From Bdellovibrionales bacterium (GTDB taxonomy: Bacteria > Pseudomonadota > Alphaproteobacteria > JAIXQD01), in assembly GCA_050248995.1 (NCBI GenBank), contig JBFWRI010000002.1, positions 17,355 through 81,354 of the forward strand: a DNA stretch of 64,000 bases. The letters run 5' to 3'. Shown piece by piece: positions 30,686-40,693 of this stretch. The translations under genes and the position numbers were made by a program. The notes below the pieces were generated by a model, which was not told where the DNA came from, searched no databases, and saw only the letters and a program-made list of their open reading frames with translations. How positions within the stretch are numbered: the stretch's first letter is position 1; each line of letters opens with the position of its first letter.

Positions 30686-32347
30686 TTAGAAGCCTTTGGG
30701 TGGCGCTGGCGTAAACAGCCCATAGTCGTTATTCAGAACACGACGGCGCGGGCTGGCGGCCTGGCTGGCAGCTTCAGGCGTATTCAGTTCGACAGCAGCG
30801 CGATGCAGGTCTAGCGGCGCGCCAACCAGCGCCTGAAGATCACCAAGATTATAAGCAACGTTCTCGGCCGTAGCCGCAAGCTGGCCAGCCGTATCCGCAT
30901 CGATATTCACGCGCATATCATTACCAACACCATTGGCGCTACCACCAAGCAATGCCGCATCTTGCGGAACTGCATAGGGCGCTGATGGTTGCAAGCCATC
31001 AAGCAGCGACGGGTTAACCGGGATTGCCTGCAGCATTTCATACTGAAGTTTCTGGGCGCGCGCCTGCAGAGCAGCGGCGTCCTGTAAATGAAGCATGTTG
31101 TTCGGCACAGCCCCGAAGTATGCGCCTGCCGCAACATCCGGAATTTTTATTTTATTGCCGGCGGCGATTTCTTTCATCAGCGCGGTGCCGTATAGCGGCG
31201 ACTTACCGCTTATTTCTGAATCAAGCACATTCGAGAACTCGGCCGAGGCTTTTTCCATAGCATCAGCAACAGCTCCCAGTTTAGCATCCTGCGCGATTCC
31301 CGGGGGGACACCTTCACCTTCGTAGACATCGTAGATTTCATCAACTTTCTGAATCAGTTCACGCGCCTTGTTGGCTGATAATGGTTCGCCTGTCACATCA
31401 TCTTTGATAGCATGCCGAACGCGCTCAAGCTCGTAAGTAGCTATCGCATCGTTCATCGCAGTGACAAAAGAGGCCTGTTCTTCAGGCGACAATAAGTTTG
31501 CAAGCGCAGCCTGAAGTGTGTCATCAAGGTTATTAGTATATGACACATCACCATCGAGGTCAGCGACACCGGCTATTGCATTTAAGTCGCCTACATTTAA
31601 GCCGTTTGCGCCATCACCAACGACACCACGTGCATGTAACGGCGAGACAGGGACGCTAGGGTCGTTATCAACATCCGGACCTAGGCCGATGCGATTGAAG
31701 CCCGGAGAGACATTAGCGGGAAGATCGTCATCAAGGTCAGGCCGGGGGCCGAGGCCGTCCGGTTGCGGTTTGGTGGAATTCTGTTTTGCACCAGCGCCGG
31801 GCTTGCCGCCTTTGTTCTTGTTAAAAAACTTCAGCAGCGGTTTAAGAACCCAGTGGAACAAGACAATCGCCAGACAGACGAGCGCTGCACCCGATGTAAA
31901 GCTGGCAAGCAGGCCGGACACTGACATTGCTGCGCCAGCATTTCCACCAATACCGAATAACGTCAGAGCCTGCGGCGGCAACATCCCGATCACCACATTG
32001 CTGGTCAGGGCAACAGCCGCACCGCCACCAGCGATCATGGCACCGTTAGAAACCAGTACGCTTCTAAATTCCAAATCTTTCTTTTGCTTCGCTGCTGCTT
32101 CCGATGCGGCCGCATTGTTGGCCAGCGCTGCTTCTGTTGCCGCGCCGCTTTGTGCCTGAATCTGTGCTTGCTGGGCAAGCAGGTGCATCATCTGTTCATG
32201 GCGCGCATCAGCGGCTTCATTTGCTTCGCGCGCCTGCTGCTCCATCCGCGCCGCGAAATCGACAGGCGTCCCCGCTGCCGGCGCCGCAGCATTACTTGCG
32301 GGTGGTGCTTGTGTTCGAGGATCTTGCGTTGTTGTTACCAAAGCCAA
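30686..32347 (-). CDS. Hypothetical Ala/Gly-rich membrane protein (553 aa)
   Basis: It uses a TTG start with no clear SD. The Ala/Gln-rich N-terminus is followed by 2-3 TM helices (GAMIAGGGAAVALTSNVVIGML and LVCLAIVLFHWVL) and a long acidic soluble region. I see no family motif. The gene is separated from its neighbours by AT-rich spacers. Confidence 0.55.
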   Translation of the reverse strand: MALVTTTQDPRTQAPPASNAAAPAAGTPVDFAARMEQQAREANEAADARHEQMMHLLAQQAQIQAQSGAATEAALANNAAASEAAAKQKKDLEFRSVLVSNGAMIAGGGAAVALTSNVVIGMLPPQALTLFGIGGNAGAAMSVSGLLASFTSGAALVCLAIVLFHWVLKPLLKFFNKNKGGKPGAGAKQNSTKPQPDGLGPRPDLDDDLPANVSPGFNRIGLGPDVDNDPSVPVSPLHARGVVGDGANGLNVGDLNAIAGVADLDGDVSYTNNLDDTLQAALANLLSPEEQASFVTAMNDAIATYELERVRHAIKDDVTGEPLSANKARELIQKVDEIYDVYEGEGVPPGIAQDAKLGAVADAMEKASAEFSNVLDSEISGKSPLYGTALMKEIAAGNKIKIPDVAAGAYFGAVPNNMLHLQDAAALQARAQKLQYEMLQAIPVNPSLLDGLQPSAPYAVPQDAALLGGSANGVGNDMRVNIDADTAGQLAATAENVAYNLGDLQALVGAPLDLHRAAVELNTPEAASQAASPRRRVLNNDYGLFTPAPPKGF

Positions 32348-32462
32348 TTATCCCGTTAAAAAATCGCCTAAACCAATGATAATCATACCGTATGTGTAAT
32401 ATCTAGTTATATTTTAGTTTCCCAGAGCTTAATAATCCAGATTTGAGTGTATTTTCAGGTTG

Positions 32463-35400
32463 TTATGAGCCTCGGCCGCCCACGCCACCCCCATTGCTGC
32501 CACCGCCATTATCTTGCCCACCACCACGACCTAATGGCGCGTTAGCTCCACCACTTCCGCTAGGAGCAGGTTCTGCGGCAGCAGGAGCTGCGGGAGCTGC
32601 CGGCGGCGGGGAGTTACTAGGCTTAATCACTGCCTCAACCCTATCCTGAACACCCCCTGTAAAGGTTGCACCTTTCCTAGCTTCCTGGAACTTACTCTCT
32701 GACTCCTCAATGATATGCTGCTGCTCGCCAATCTTGCCTTTGATTTCAGCCTGCCTGCCAGCATTGGGCTCGGCATAAAGTTCTTTTGTTAAACGCGCGC
32801 GTTCCTTAACCGCAGCCGAACGACGCCCCCAGTGCTCACTTGCTTCAGCACGCGCTTCAGCACGCGCTTCACCAATGCGACCTTGTGCAGTCATGCGCCG
32901 CGAAACTGGTGACGCTATTTTGCCACCAAGATGGCCAAGACCACTGCTTGCTGTTGCGCCGGCACGACCCAGCATGCGGCCAATTGGGCCACCACCGCCT
33001 GAGCCACCGCCACCTTTTCCGCCGCCGCCACCACCCTTATCGCCACCGCCACTACCACGGCCGCTGATTTTGGGCGTATCGCCATCTTCAACAGCGTCGC
33101 CACTACCGCCCCTGCCACCACCACCGCCGCCTTTGAGCAGACCTTTCGTGGCGGGCGCGACAACACTTTTGTGAACAGCATCTGCTGTGGTGCCGATGGC
33201 CTTCATACCGCCCTGCGCCATATCAACAACGGCAGCTTCGTTGATATCGCTGTGGGCGTTGTAGAACGAGTAGCCCTGCTGGCCGAACCAACCCATCGAC
33301 TTGTTGGCGATTTCATCGATGATCTTGAAGCTGGCCTGGCACATGCTGAAGGCGTTGAACGCATAGATCAGCGCGAAGATGATAGATGTGATAACAAATA
33401 CCTTGCCATCACCCCACACGGCATCCAGCGCCGAGCGGAACATCCAGTTCAGCAGGAACATGCCGATGGTCAGCATGATAATCGAACAGATCAGGCCGAT
33501 AACCAGCAGCACAGGCCGCAGCGCGATACTGAACAACATCGAATAACCGGCCTTGGCGTTCCCCATAATACCTTCCGCCTTGGGCGACAGGTGCGCCAGT
33601 GCGAACAACGGCATACCTACAATCGCTTCCAGCACGGCCAACAACCACGAGAACGTAGACAGCAGGAAACGGATCATTGGTGTCAGCGGTAGAATAAAGG
33701 CCAGCATCAGCGCGCCGCTGAACAGCAGCGGCCCCATCATGAACACCATGGCCAGGCCGCCAGTGCCGAAAATCATCGACAGGCCGATGAATGACAGCGC
33801 GATCCAGTACAGGGCGTGGCCGAACGCAAACAGGTTCGGCAGCGGGTCGCGCATACTGGGCGCAACTAGGTTCATGAAATAGTCTTTATCGAAGCTGAAG
33901 AAATTGCGGATGCTGGCAAGAACGCCAGAAATACCACCGGCAGTCGCGGTTTCGTTCTCGCCGTCATCAAAGGGCTCAAACCTTCTGTCATCTGTTAAAG
34001 AGACAATGTTTGATATCATACTGGGTCTTTCTTCCAGCGCCTCATAACCAATTTGCAATGCGTTTGTCACCATTGCCGAGTAGGGTTTACCGGCATGAGC
34101 GTAGCCCTGGCTGTCATCAGCGCCGCGTAAGCTGCGCATGAAACGGCACCTGTTATTAGGCACGCCGTCGACCACACTACCTAAACCTTCGCACTTCAGC
34201 TTATCAGTCTCCGTTTTACTTCTGAAAACACTGCCTAGCTTGACGGTCGGACTGAGGTCATAAAGATCGTGGATCTGCTTTTGCGCCATGGCGATGCGCA
34301 TATAGCGCGAACCGGCCGCCATCCAGCCTAGCGGGTTATCGCTTTCCATTTCGGTTCTAAGGTTGGAAAGGATCGCGCGATATGTTGCATCGGCCTGCTC
34401 TGTGATCGCTGCTTCATATTCCGCGACCGCTGCATAAATGGCCGCAACTGCCTGTATGTCCGTATCGGGCACCGGCTTGCCATGGCAGTTGCGCGAACGC
34501 TCGTCCGTCATCGACAGACCAACCTGCCCCACGGGTATGCCTAGCGGCATGGTTTGCGGCCAGCGCAGGTTTGTGCGCGGATAGGCATTATACATCGCCG
34601 TGAGAGGCGTAAAATTTGGAGTCGTTGCATTGGCGTCGCTGTACCGGCCCGCAAAAAGAACGCCGGCAAAACCACACACAGCATCATCGATTGCCTTAAA
34701 ATGTATATCAATCAGGGTTACCATATCTGTGCGCGCCTGACGTATAACCTCCGCTGTTGTTCGGTCAGGCCCGGTGATTGTCTCGGCTACCGTCTCGCCC
34801 GGGCTGGGCCATTTCACCGTGCCGCACAGGTTTTTATCAAGGCCAGGACCATACTTGATTTGTGTCTCGCCTGAAAACCGCAGCAGGTTGAAGTGACCGC
34901 GCACAACTTCTGAATCTGTCCCCGTCAGCAGGTTGCTGTCACCTGTTCCACTAAGCGTTTTCTGGTTGATATCGATTTGGCACAAGCGGATAAGTGTCAA
35001 ATCATGGATATGGTCTCCAAGCGTTGTCGATGGGCGGAAGGGAGCCCTTTCACCTTCGGCCGGGTCTTCGGGCGGTAGGAATGTGTCAGCTGCCGCAATC
35101 CACACCCGTGACGCAAGACCCGAACCAAGTTTAGCAACTTCCAGCACGGCATACTGTGCTGTATTCAGGCCGGTGCCCAGCGGCACCAGCAGGCCAATAG
35201 CTAACACCAGGCGCAGCGGTGCCCACACTTGATCGGCGCCGCCCAGCGGCTTACCTTCCCATGCAGCTGTTACAACAAGGTGCAACACATGATACAACAC
35301 CATGAACGACGCGAAGACTAGAATGGCGCGGCTGTAAAAGCCCAGCATGGTGCGCAGCAGTTCCTGGAATATGCCGCTCGCCTCGCCCCCTAGAGTATAC

Positions 35401-35897
35401 CCATCGAGAGTAAATCCTTCGATTTGAAGCACAAGACTATCAACGACATCACCGACCTTGTCGCTTTCGGGCGGTGTAAACATGCCGCCGCCTTCGGCCG
35501 CGTGTGCGGCGCTGGGACCGGCGATGAATAATAGTATCGCAACAACAATCCACAACGCCGTTGCGATTAGCAGGCCCCACGTAGCGATAAAGAAAATATT
35601 TTGCGGCAGCTTGTCTTTATCACGCCAATCAAATCGCGCGTACGTTTCATTAAACAGGTCAGCCAGCGTAAAACGCGCGCCCGGTGCGAAGAAGCGGTGG
35701 TTTGTTTCCAGCATGCCGCTGGTAACGAACAGCGTTGCCAGCAGGCTGACAAACATCTGGAACGACAGGCCAATGGACTGTGTGCTTTTGCCAAGTTCCG
35801 GATGAAAGAAGAAGCGCGCCCAACTGGTTTTCTTTCCAGATGGATCACCACCCGGTTGTCCCGGGCCACCGAAATTGAAAAAGTTACCAAAATTCAC
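32463..35897 (-). CDS. Hypothetical large polytopic membrane protein (1144 aa) with a central soluble domain and a Gly-rich disordered C-terminal tail
   Basis: It uses a GTG start with an AGGGGA SD-like sequence 11 nt upstream. The N-terminus MNFGNFFNFGGPGQPGG is Gly/Phe-rich. About four TM helices sit at the N-terminus, followed by a roughly 450-aa hydrophilic domain and about six further TM helices (LYWIALSFIGLSMIF, GPLLFSGALMLAFILPL and others). The C-terminus carries GGGGGGRGGSG...GGGGGGKGGGGSGGGG and PPPAAPAAPAAAEPAP tracts. Confidence 0.6.
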   Translation of the reverse strand: MNFGNFFNFGGPGQPGGDPSGKKTSWARFFFHPELGKSTQSIGLSFQMFVSLLATLFVTSGMLETNHRFFAPGARFTLADLFNETYARFDWRDKDKLPQNIFFIATWGLLIATALWIVVAILLFIAGPSAAHAAEGGGMFTPPESDKVGDVVDSLVLQIEGFTLDGYTLGGEASGIFQELLRTMLGFYSRAILVFASFMVLYHVLHLVVTAAWEGKPLGGADQVWAPLRLVLAIGLLVPLGTGLNTAQYAVLEVAKLGSGLASRVWIAAADTFLPPEDPAEGERAPFRPSTTLGDHIHDLTLIRLCQIDINQKTLSGTGDSNLLTGTDSEVVRGHFNLLRFSGETQIKYGPGLDKNLCGTVKWPSPGETVAETITGPDRTTAEVIRQARTDMVTLIDIHFKAIDDAVCGFAGVLFAGRYSDANATTPNFTPLTAMYNAYPRTNLRWPQTMPLGIPVGQVGLSMTDERSRNCHGKPVPDTDIQAVAAIYAAVAEYEAAITEQADATYRAILSNLRTEMESDNPLGWMAAGSRYMRIAMAQKQIHDLYDLSPTVKLGSVFRSKTETDKLKCEGLGSVVDGVPNNRCRFMRSLRGADDSQGYAHAGKPYSAMVTNALQIGYEALEERPSMISNIVSLTDDRRFEPFDDGENETATAGGISGVLASIRNFFSFDKDYFMNLVAPSMRDPLPNLFAFGHALYWIALSFIGLSMIFGTGGLAMVFMMGPLLFSGALMLAFILPLTPMIRFLLSTFSWLLAVLEAIVGMPLFALAHLSPKAEGIMGNAKAGYSMLFSIALRPVLLVIGLICSIIMLTIGMFLLNWMFRSALDAVWGDGKVFVITSIIFALIYAFNAFSMCQASFKIIDEIANKSMGWFGQQGYSFYNAHSDINEAAVVDMAQGGMKAIGTTADAVHKSVVAPATKGLLKGGGGGGRGGSGDAVEDGDTPKISGRGSGGGDKGGGGGGKGGGGSGGGGPIGRMLGRAGATASSGLGHLGGKIASPVSRRMTAQGRIGEARAEARAEASEHWGRRSAAVKERARLTKELYAEPNAGRQAEIKGKIGEQQHIIEESESKFQEARKGATFTGGVQDRVEAVIKPSNSPPPAAPAAPAAAEPAPSGSGGANAPLGRGGGQDNGGGSNGGGVGGRGS

Positions 35898-36073
35898 GCG
35901 CGCTAACTGTCCCCTAACAGTATCGTCCCAACCCCATCATCGGTGGCCGGGCTAAAGGCGGGGTTAATTTCGCCCCAATATCTAAAATGCCAGCCAACCT
36001 TAAACGTTGCGTAAATATAACAACCTTTGATTTTATTGAACTTTTTGCCTTAAGTGCTGCTAATAGGCTGATT

Positions 36074-36256
36074 TTATTTAAAGAAAGCTGCAGCGGCTGC
36101 GGTTTGTGCCTGCTTCTTGTCTATCTCTGCCTCGGTGCGGGCTATTTCGCCCCTCAGATCAGCCACCCGGGCCTTCAGGTCATCAATGCTGAGAGCGCTT
36201 AAATCGGCACCAATCGTGGCAATCAATGGTTTCGGGCGCGGACGATCATCTTCCAT
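36074..36256 (-). CDS. Small alphaproteobacterial coiled-coil protein (DUF1192-like)
   Basis: 60 aa. MEDDRPRPKP...DLSALSIDDLKARVADLRGEIARTEAEIDKK...AFFK matches the DUF1192 pattern. Confidence 0.5.
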   Translation of the reverse strand: MEDDRPRPKPLIATIGADLSALSIDDLKARVADLRGEIARTEAEIDKKQAQTAAAAAFFK

Positions 36257-36446
36257 AACATTCTTATTAGCATAATTGGCTTGAATTGCCAGCGGCCCCG
36301 CGCTTATATCGGCCTATCCCAACAAGCAGCGTTTTTGCTTGGTGCGCTTCCGAAAACCCGGGGGCGCCATGCGGGTGAGATTTACTTAACCGCCGGGACG
36401 CTGTTGCGGGAACCGCAGAGCATGCCCGGCAAAAAAGGAGCAAGCC

Positions 36447-37058
36447 ATGTCAAAACAACATTTTCCGCTGATGCCGAAAGCAACCGCCATGTGGCTGGTT
36501 GATAACACCACGCTGACATTCAAGCAGATCGCTGAGTTCTGCGGCCTGCATGAATTGCAGGTGAAGGCCATGGCCGACGGCGATGCCGGCAGCATGATCA
36601 CACCGACCAATCCGTTGTACAACGGCGAGCTGGACCAGGAAGAAATCACACGTTGCGAAAAGAACGTGAACGCCAAACTGCACCTGAAGAAAAGCGAGCT
36701 GCCGCAACCGCTGGCACGCGCCAAAGGCCCGCGCTACACGCCGGTCGCCAAGCGTGACGATAAGCCGAACGGTATCGCATGGCTGCTGAAGAACCATCCG
36801 GAACTCGGCGACAGCCAGATCGTACGCCTGATCGGTACGACGAAGGACACCATCCAGAAAGTGCGCGACCGCACACACTGGAATTCGAACAACATCAAAC
36901 CATCGAACCCTGTCCTGCTTGGTCTTTGCAAGCAATCAGACCTTGAAGCATCGCTGCGCCGTGCGCAGCGCAAGGCCGAACGCCTGGGCATTGAACTGCC
37001 CAAGCCCGAAGCCGCGAATGATGCAGAAGAAGCCGACGAATACGCAATCAACGAATAA
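36447..37058 (+). CDS. DUF1013-family protein, conserved in alphaproteobacteria
   Basis: The N-terminus MPKATAMWLVDNTTLTFKQIAEFCGLHELQVKAMADG matches the DUF1013 consensus as I recall it. A GGAG-like SD (aaaaaaggagcaagcc) precedes the start. Confidence 0.65.
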   Translation: MSKQHFPLMPKATAMWLVDNTTLTFKQIAEFCGLHELQVKAMADGDAGSMITPTNPLYNGELDQEEITRCEKNVNAKLHLKKSELPQPLARAKGPRYTPVAKRDDKPNGIAWLLKNHPELGDSQIVRLIGTTKDTIQKVRDRTHWNSNNIKPSNPVLLGLCKQSDLEASLRRAQRKAERLGIELPKPEAANDAEEADEYAINE

Positions 37059-37102
37059 ATGAAATGCCCCGCCAGCCGGGGCATTTCATTATGGGGCCCG
37101 TC

Positions 37103-37966
37103 ATGAAAATCATGCATATCCTGCTTGTGGTCATCATTGCCGCTGCTGTCAGCTTTGGCGTGGTGCGCTATACGCCGCAAGCCCAAACAACCGCCGCTGT
37201 CGACGAAACCGCGTATGACCGCATCAAACGTTCTGGTGTCATTCGTTGTGGTTACGCGCCCTGGGAAGGTATTTTCACCATCAACGCGAATACCGGACAG
37301 CCGGAAGGGCTTGCCTATGACTATGTGTCACTGCTTGCGAACTACCTGTCTCTCAAAGTGGAATGGGTCGAAGATACCGGATATGCCAACGCCGTTACAG
37401 CCCTGAACGCTAAACGCATTGATGTGTTCTGTCCCGGCATCTGGCCGAACGGCAGTCGTGCACGGCAGGCCGAATTTACTACCCCCATCATGTTCAACGC
37501 GGCGCACGCTTTTGTGCGATCTGACGATACGCGCTTCGATGATAATCTGCAGGCCCTAAACAATCCGGCCATTACCGTAGCATCCCCCGATGGCTACACC
37601 GCAGCGCGTATTGCCGCCACTGATTTCCCGCAAGCCAAGATTTTCGGCATATCCCAAGTATCGGGCGCGGCCGACCAGCTGGAAGCCGTGGCTACAGGCA
37701 AGGCGGATGTCACGTTTGTCGATGTGGCCGCCGGACAGGAGTATATGGCCAATAACCCTGGCAAATTAAAGATGGTCAAGGCTGACAAGCCCCTGCGCGT
37801 CTTTCCCGTCACATTGATGGTCAGCGCGGGCGAAAGCCGTCTGCGCGAAATGATTAATACCGCGACCGGAGAAATGCTTTATTCAGGGGCCATAGAAAAA
37901 ATAATCCGCAAATATGAAAAGTACCCCGGTAGCTACCTTCGTATAGCATCCGGATATGCCCAATAA
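37103..37966 (+). CDS. Polar amino-acid ABC transporter substrate-binding protein (SBP family 3), paralogue 1
   Basis: Signal peptide MKIMHILLVVIIAAAVSFG, followed by a periplasmic-binding-protein fold pattern. It is a paralogue of the ORFs at 39824, 42098 and 42933. Confidence 0.7.
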   Translation: MKIMHILLVVIIAAAVSFGVVRYTPQAQTTAAVDETAYDRIKRSGVIRCGYAPWEGIFTINANTGQPEGLAYDYVSLLANYLSLKVEWVEDTGYANAVTALNAKRIDVFCPGIWPNGSRARQAEFTTPIMFNAAHAFVRSDDTRFDDNLQALNNPAITVASPDGYTAARIAATDFPQAKIFGISQVSGAADQLEAVATGKADVTFVDVAAGQEYMANNPGKLKMVKADKPLRVFPVTLMVSAGESRLREMINTATGEMLYSGAIEKIIRKYEKYPGSYLRIASGYAQ

Positions 37967-37969
37967 ATA

Positions 37970-37997
37970 AAAACCCCGGCCAAGGCCGGGGTTTTTG
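37970..37997. terminator. Bidirectional rho-independent terminator
   Basis: AAAACCCCGGCCAAGGCCGGGGTTTTT, lying between convergent genes. Confidence 0.6.
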
Positions 37998-38017
37998 TCT
38001 CTTAGAGGAGAGAAATT

Positions 38018-38215
38018 TCAATGGCGCTTTTTGGCGCGGTTGCTGTTCGCAGCCTGCGTCAGCTGGAATATCTCCTCTTTCAGGTGTAACTTTTCCAGCT
38101 TCAAGGCATGTATCTTCTGTTCGTTATGGTAAGGATGCGCCTCTTCTGCATGTATGGCGACTTCAAGCGCTTCATGGCGGTGTTGCAGGGATTCAAGGCG
38201 CGGGGTTATATCCAT
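38018..38215 (-). CDS. DUF465 (YdcH-like) small protein
   Basis: 65 aa. HALKLEKLHLKEEI matches the DUF465 KKxKLxLKDEI pattern. Confidence 0.5.
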   Translation of the reverse strand: MDITPRLESLQHRHEALEVAIHAEEAHPYHNEQKIHALKLEKLHLKEEIFQLTQAANSNRAKKRH

Positions 38216-38403
38216 AGGCAGACTCCTTCGAAAAAGGTTGAACGCAATGGCTGTAATGTCGTGGGAACACGAACAGCAACTAACATAGCACGCAGGTGTT
38301 TAATTTTCCGCTCATTCCCCGTGCGAATCTTCTGATTTCCAGAAAAGCAACGAAAGCGTGTGTTTTGACTATCCGCGTCAGCAATTATTTTATGGGGAAA
38401 ATA

Positions 38404-39471
38404 TTAATCGCCAAAGCTAATGCCCAGTCCGCGCGCGGTTTTTACCAAAGTACCGTTCGGATCCACAGCCTGATATGCCTTGATCGCTTCTTCTACCGGT
38501 ACAGCAATGACTTTCCGGTTCTGCCAGGCCACCATATGCCCATAACGCTCGGCCCGCAGCAAATCCACCGCCGCAATTCCGAAAGCTGCCGCAATCGTGC
38601 GGTCCAGATGACCCGGCGCAGCGCCGCGCAGGGTATGCCCCAGCGATGTCAGGCGCACATCCGCCTTGGTTTTCTTCTCCAGTTCATGCGCGATATACGC
38701 GCCGATACCCCCATAACGCTGCGACCCATCAGCAAAGGTCTGCATCAGCTTTTCGCCGCCCATGGTTTTCACCGCCTCGCTGACGATCACGAGCGCATGA
38801 TGCTGACCATGCGCGCCAAGACGGCCGATATGTTCGGCCACAGCATCAAGCGAATACGGGATTTCCGGGATAAGGATAACATCTGCCTGTCCGGCCACCC
38901 CTGCAGCCAACGCCACATGCCCTGCATCACGCCCCATGACTTCCAATATCATAATGCGGTAGTGGCTGGCGGCTGTCGCCTGCAGGCGATCCAATGCCTC
39001 GGTTGCCACGGAAACCGCCGTGTCATAGCCGATAGCATTTTCTGTCATCCCAATATCGTTATCGACTGTCTTGGGAATACCGACAAACTTCAGGCCATGG
39101 GACTGTGAAAGCTTGTTGTAGATCTCAAGGCTGCCGTCACCACCCAGCACGATCATGGCATCAAGGCCTAGTTGCCGGTAACCTTCCATGACCTTGTCAA
39201 CAAGGCCTGGTGTTTTAAAAATATCACCGCGTGAATTAGACCCAAGGATGGTTCCGCCGAGCCTCCCCATGGGGCCTTCGACATCATACAATGTAAGTTC
39301 GGCCGCCTGCAGCGGACGCGTGGCCAGCCCATCAGTACCGCCGGCGATGCCAAAGACCTGCCAGCCATGGCCCAGAATAGCGCGGCGAACGACAGCCCGG
39401 ATGGCGGCGTTCAGGCCGCCACAGTCGCCCCCGGATGTCAGGACCCCTATTTTCTTGGTGCTTTCGCTCAT
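38404..39471 (-). CDS. pfkA: ATP-dependent 6-phosphofructokinase
   Basis: MSESTKKIGVLTSGGDCGGLNAAIRA, GGDGS, PKTVDNDI, MGRDAGH and HALVIVSE are PFK-A family motifs. The start is at 39471; the longer ORF to 39774 would overlap the opposite-strand DUF465 gene. Confidence 0.85.
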   Translation of the reverse strand: MSESTKKIGVLTSGGDCGGLNAAIRAVVRRAILGHGWQVFGIAGGTDGLATRPLQAAELTLYDVEGPMGRLGGTILGSNSRGDIFKTPGLVDKVMEGYRQLGLDAMIVLGGDGSLEIYNKLSQSHGLKFVGIPKTVDNDIGMTENAIGYDTAVSVATEALDRLQATAASHYRIMILEVMGRDAGHVALAAGVAGQADVILIPEIPYSLDAVAEHIGRLGAHGQHHALVIVSEAVKTMGGEKLMQTFADGSQRYGGIGAYIAHELEKKTKADVRLTSLGHTLRGAAPGHLDRTIAAAFGIAAVDLLRAERYGHMVAWQNRKVIAVPVEEAIKAYQAVDPNGTLVKTARGLGISFGD

Positions 39472-39571
39472 TTGTACCGTCCTAAGCCGTAGAAAATTAA
39501 CCAATTTTCTGGTATAAACTGGCCAACAGGTTACCACTCCCCGCAGGGATTGAACAGGAGCGTAGGAAGCC

Positions 39572-39784
39572 ATGCTTATGGGGCTTGCCGACGAAGATGA
39601 TATTCGCGCCCGACTGGCGCAGAAACAGGAAGAGCACCGCGATCTGGATGCTGTGGTCGCGCGTCTTCTTGAAACGCCCGTTGTTGACCAGCTGCAGCTG
39701 ACACGCCTTAAAAAGCGCAAGCTGGTCCTGAAAGACGAAATCGCCAAGCTTGAAGCGATGCTAATCCCCGACATTATTGCCTAA
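39572..39784 (+). CDS. DUF465 (YdcH-like) small protein, paralogue of 38018-38215
   Basis: 70 aa. TRLKKRKLVLKDEIAKLEA is the canonical DUF465 block. Confidence 0.55.
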   Translation: MLMGLADEDDIRARLAQKQEEHRDLDAVVARLLETPVVDQLQLTRLKKRKLVLKDEIAKLEAMLIPDIIA

Positions 39785-39823
39785 TCGGCAGCACTGTTTA
39801 TGATGCGCCCATCGGGGGCACCA

Positions 39824-40693
39824 ATGAAATTTTACCACTATATTCTTGTTGTGTTGCTGGCTGTAAGCGGCGGGTGGCTGGGCACAAAGATAACGCCCAT
39901 TTCACAAAATAGCACCCCTGCACAGGAAACCGCCTATGAACGCGTGATGCGCACCGGCACCCTGCGCTGCGGTTACTCACTGTGGGATGGTGGCATCAAC
40001 GAAGACCCGAACACAAAACAGCTGACGGGAGCCGCCTATGATGTGGCGAATGCTATCGGCGCAGCTGCTAATATTAAGATCGAGTGGGCAGGCCGTGTCC
40101 CATGGGGTGATGTTGTTGAAGCGCTGAAGTCAAATAAAGTTGATGCGATCTGCGCCGGCATGTGGACGAATGCACTGAAAGCCAAACAGATTGCCTTTAC
40201 AACGCCGTTTGCCTACCAAGGCGTCGAAGCTTTCGGTCAGGTCGGCACAGCACGTTTTGATAATAACCTACCCAACATCAACGCAACCGACGTCAAAGTC
40301 GCCACTATCGATAATGACAACAGTGATTACATAGCGCGCGAGGTTTTTCCGAACGCTGAACGCGTTGCCTTGAGCCAGTTAAATAGCTCGGACATGGACC
40401 TGATGATGTATGTCGGCACACGCAAGGCCGATGTCACATTCACTGCGGTCGGGCTGTGGCATCTTTTTGAAAAAGACCAACCGAGCAAGGTCAAGCGTAT
40501 CGCCCCGGGCCAAAACCTGCGCACCTTCGGCCTTTCGCCTGTTGTCGTTGATAATGCAGATCCGCGCCTGTGGCTGATGCTGGACGCTGCCGCCCACGAA
40601 GTTATGGATTCTGGTATCGTTGACAGGATTCTGGATAAATACGACACTCGGTACCCAGATATGTTCCTACGGGCCGCGAAGAATTATAAATGA
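39824..40693 (+). CDS. Amino-acid ABC transporter substrate-binding protein, paralogue 2
   Basis: Signal peptide MKFYHYILVVLLAVSGGWLG. Its overall pattern matches paralogue 1, including the shared motifs TGTLRCGY, CAGMW and ADVTF. Confidence 0.7.
   Translation: MKFYHYILVVLLAVSGGWLGTKITPISQNSTPAQETAYERVMRTGTLRCGYSLWDGGINEDPNTKQLTGAAYDVANAIGAAANIKIEWAGRVPWGDVVEALKSNKVDAICAGMWTNALKAKQIAFTTPFAYQGVEAFGQVGTARFDNNLPNINATDVKVATIDNDNSDYIAREVFPNAERVALSQLNSSDMDLMMYVGTRKADVTFTAVGLWHLFEKDQPSKVKRIAPGQNLRTFGLSPVVVDNADPRLWLMLDAAAHEVMDSGIVDRILDKYDTRYPDMFLRAAKNYK

Noticed and set aside
32875-33174. Poly-proline ORF (PPPPEPPPP) on the plus strand
   Set aside because: It is the mirror image of the poly-Gly tail of the 1144-aa minus-strand protein.
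39472-39774. 5' extension of the pfkA ORF (Ser/Arg/Cys-rich, 101 aa)
   Set aside because: It has low-complexity, unprotein-like composition, and it overlaps the well-formed DUF465 gene on the plus strand. The PFK N-terminus starts at MSESTKKIGVLTSGGD.
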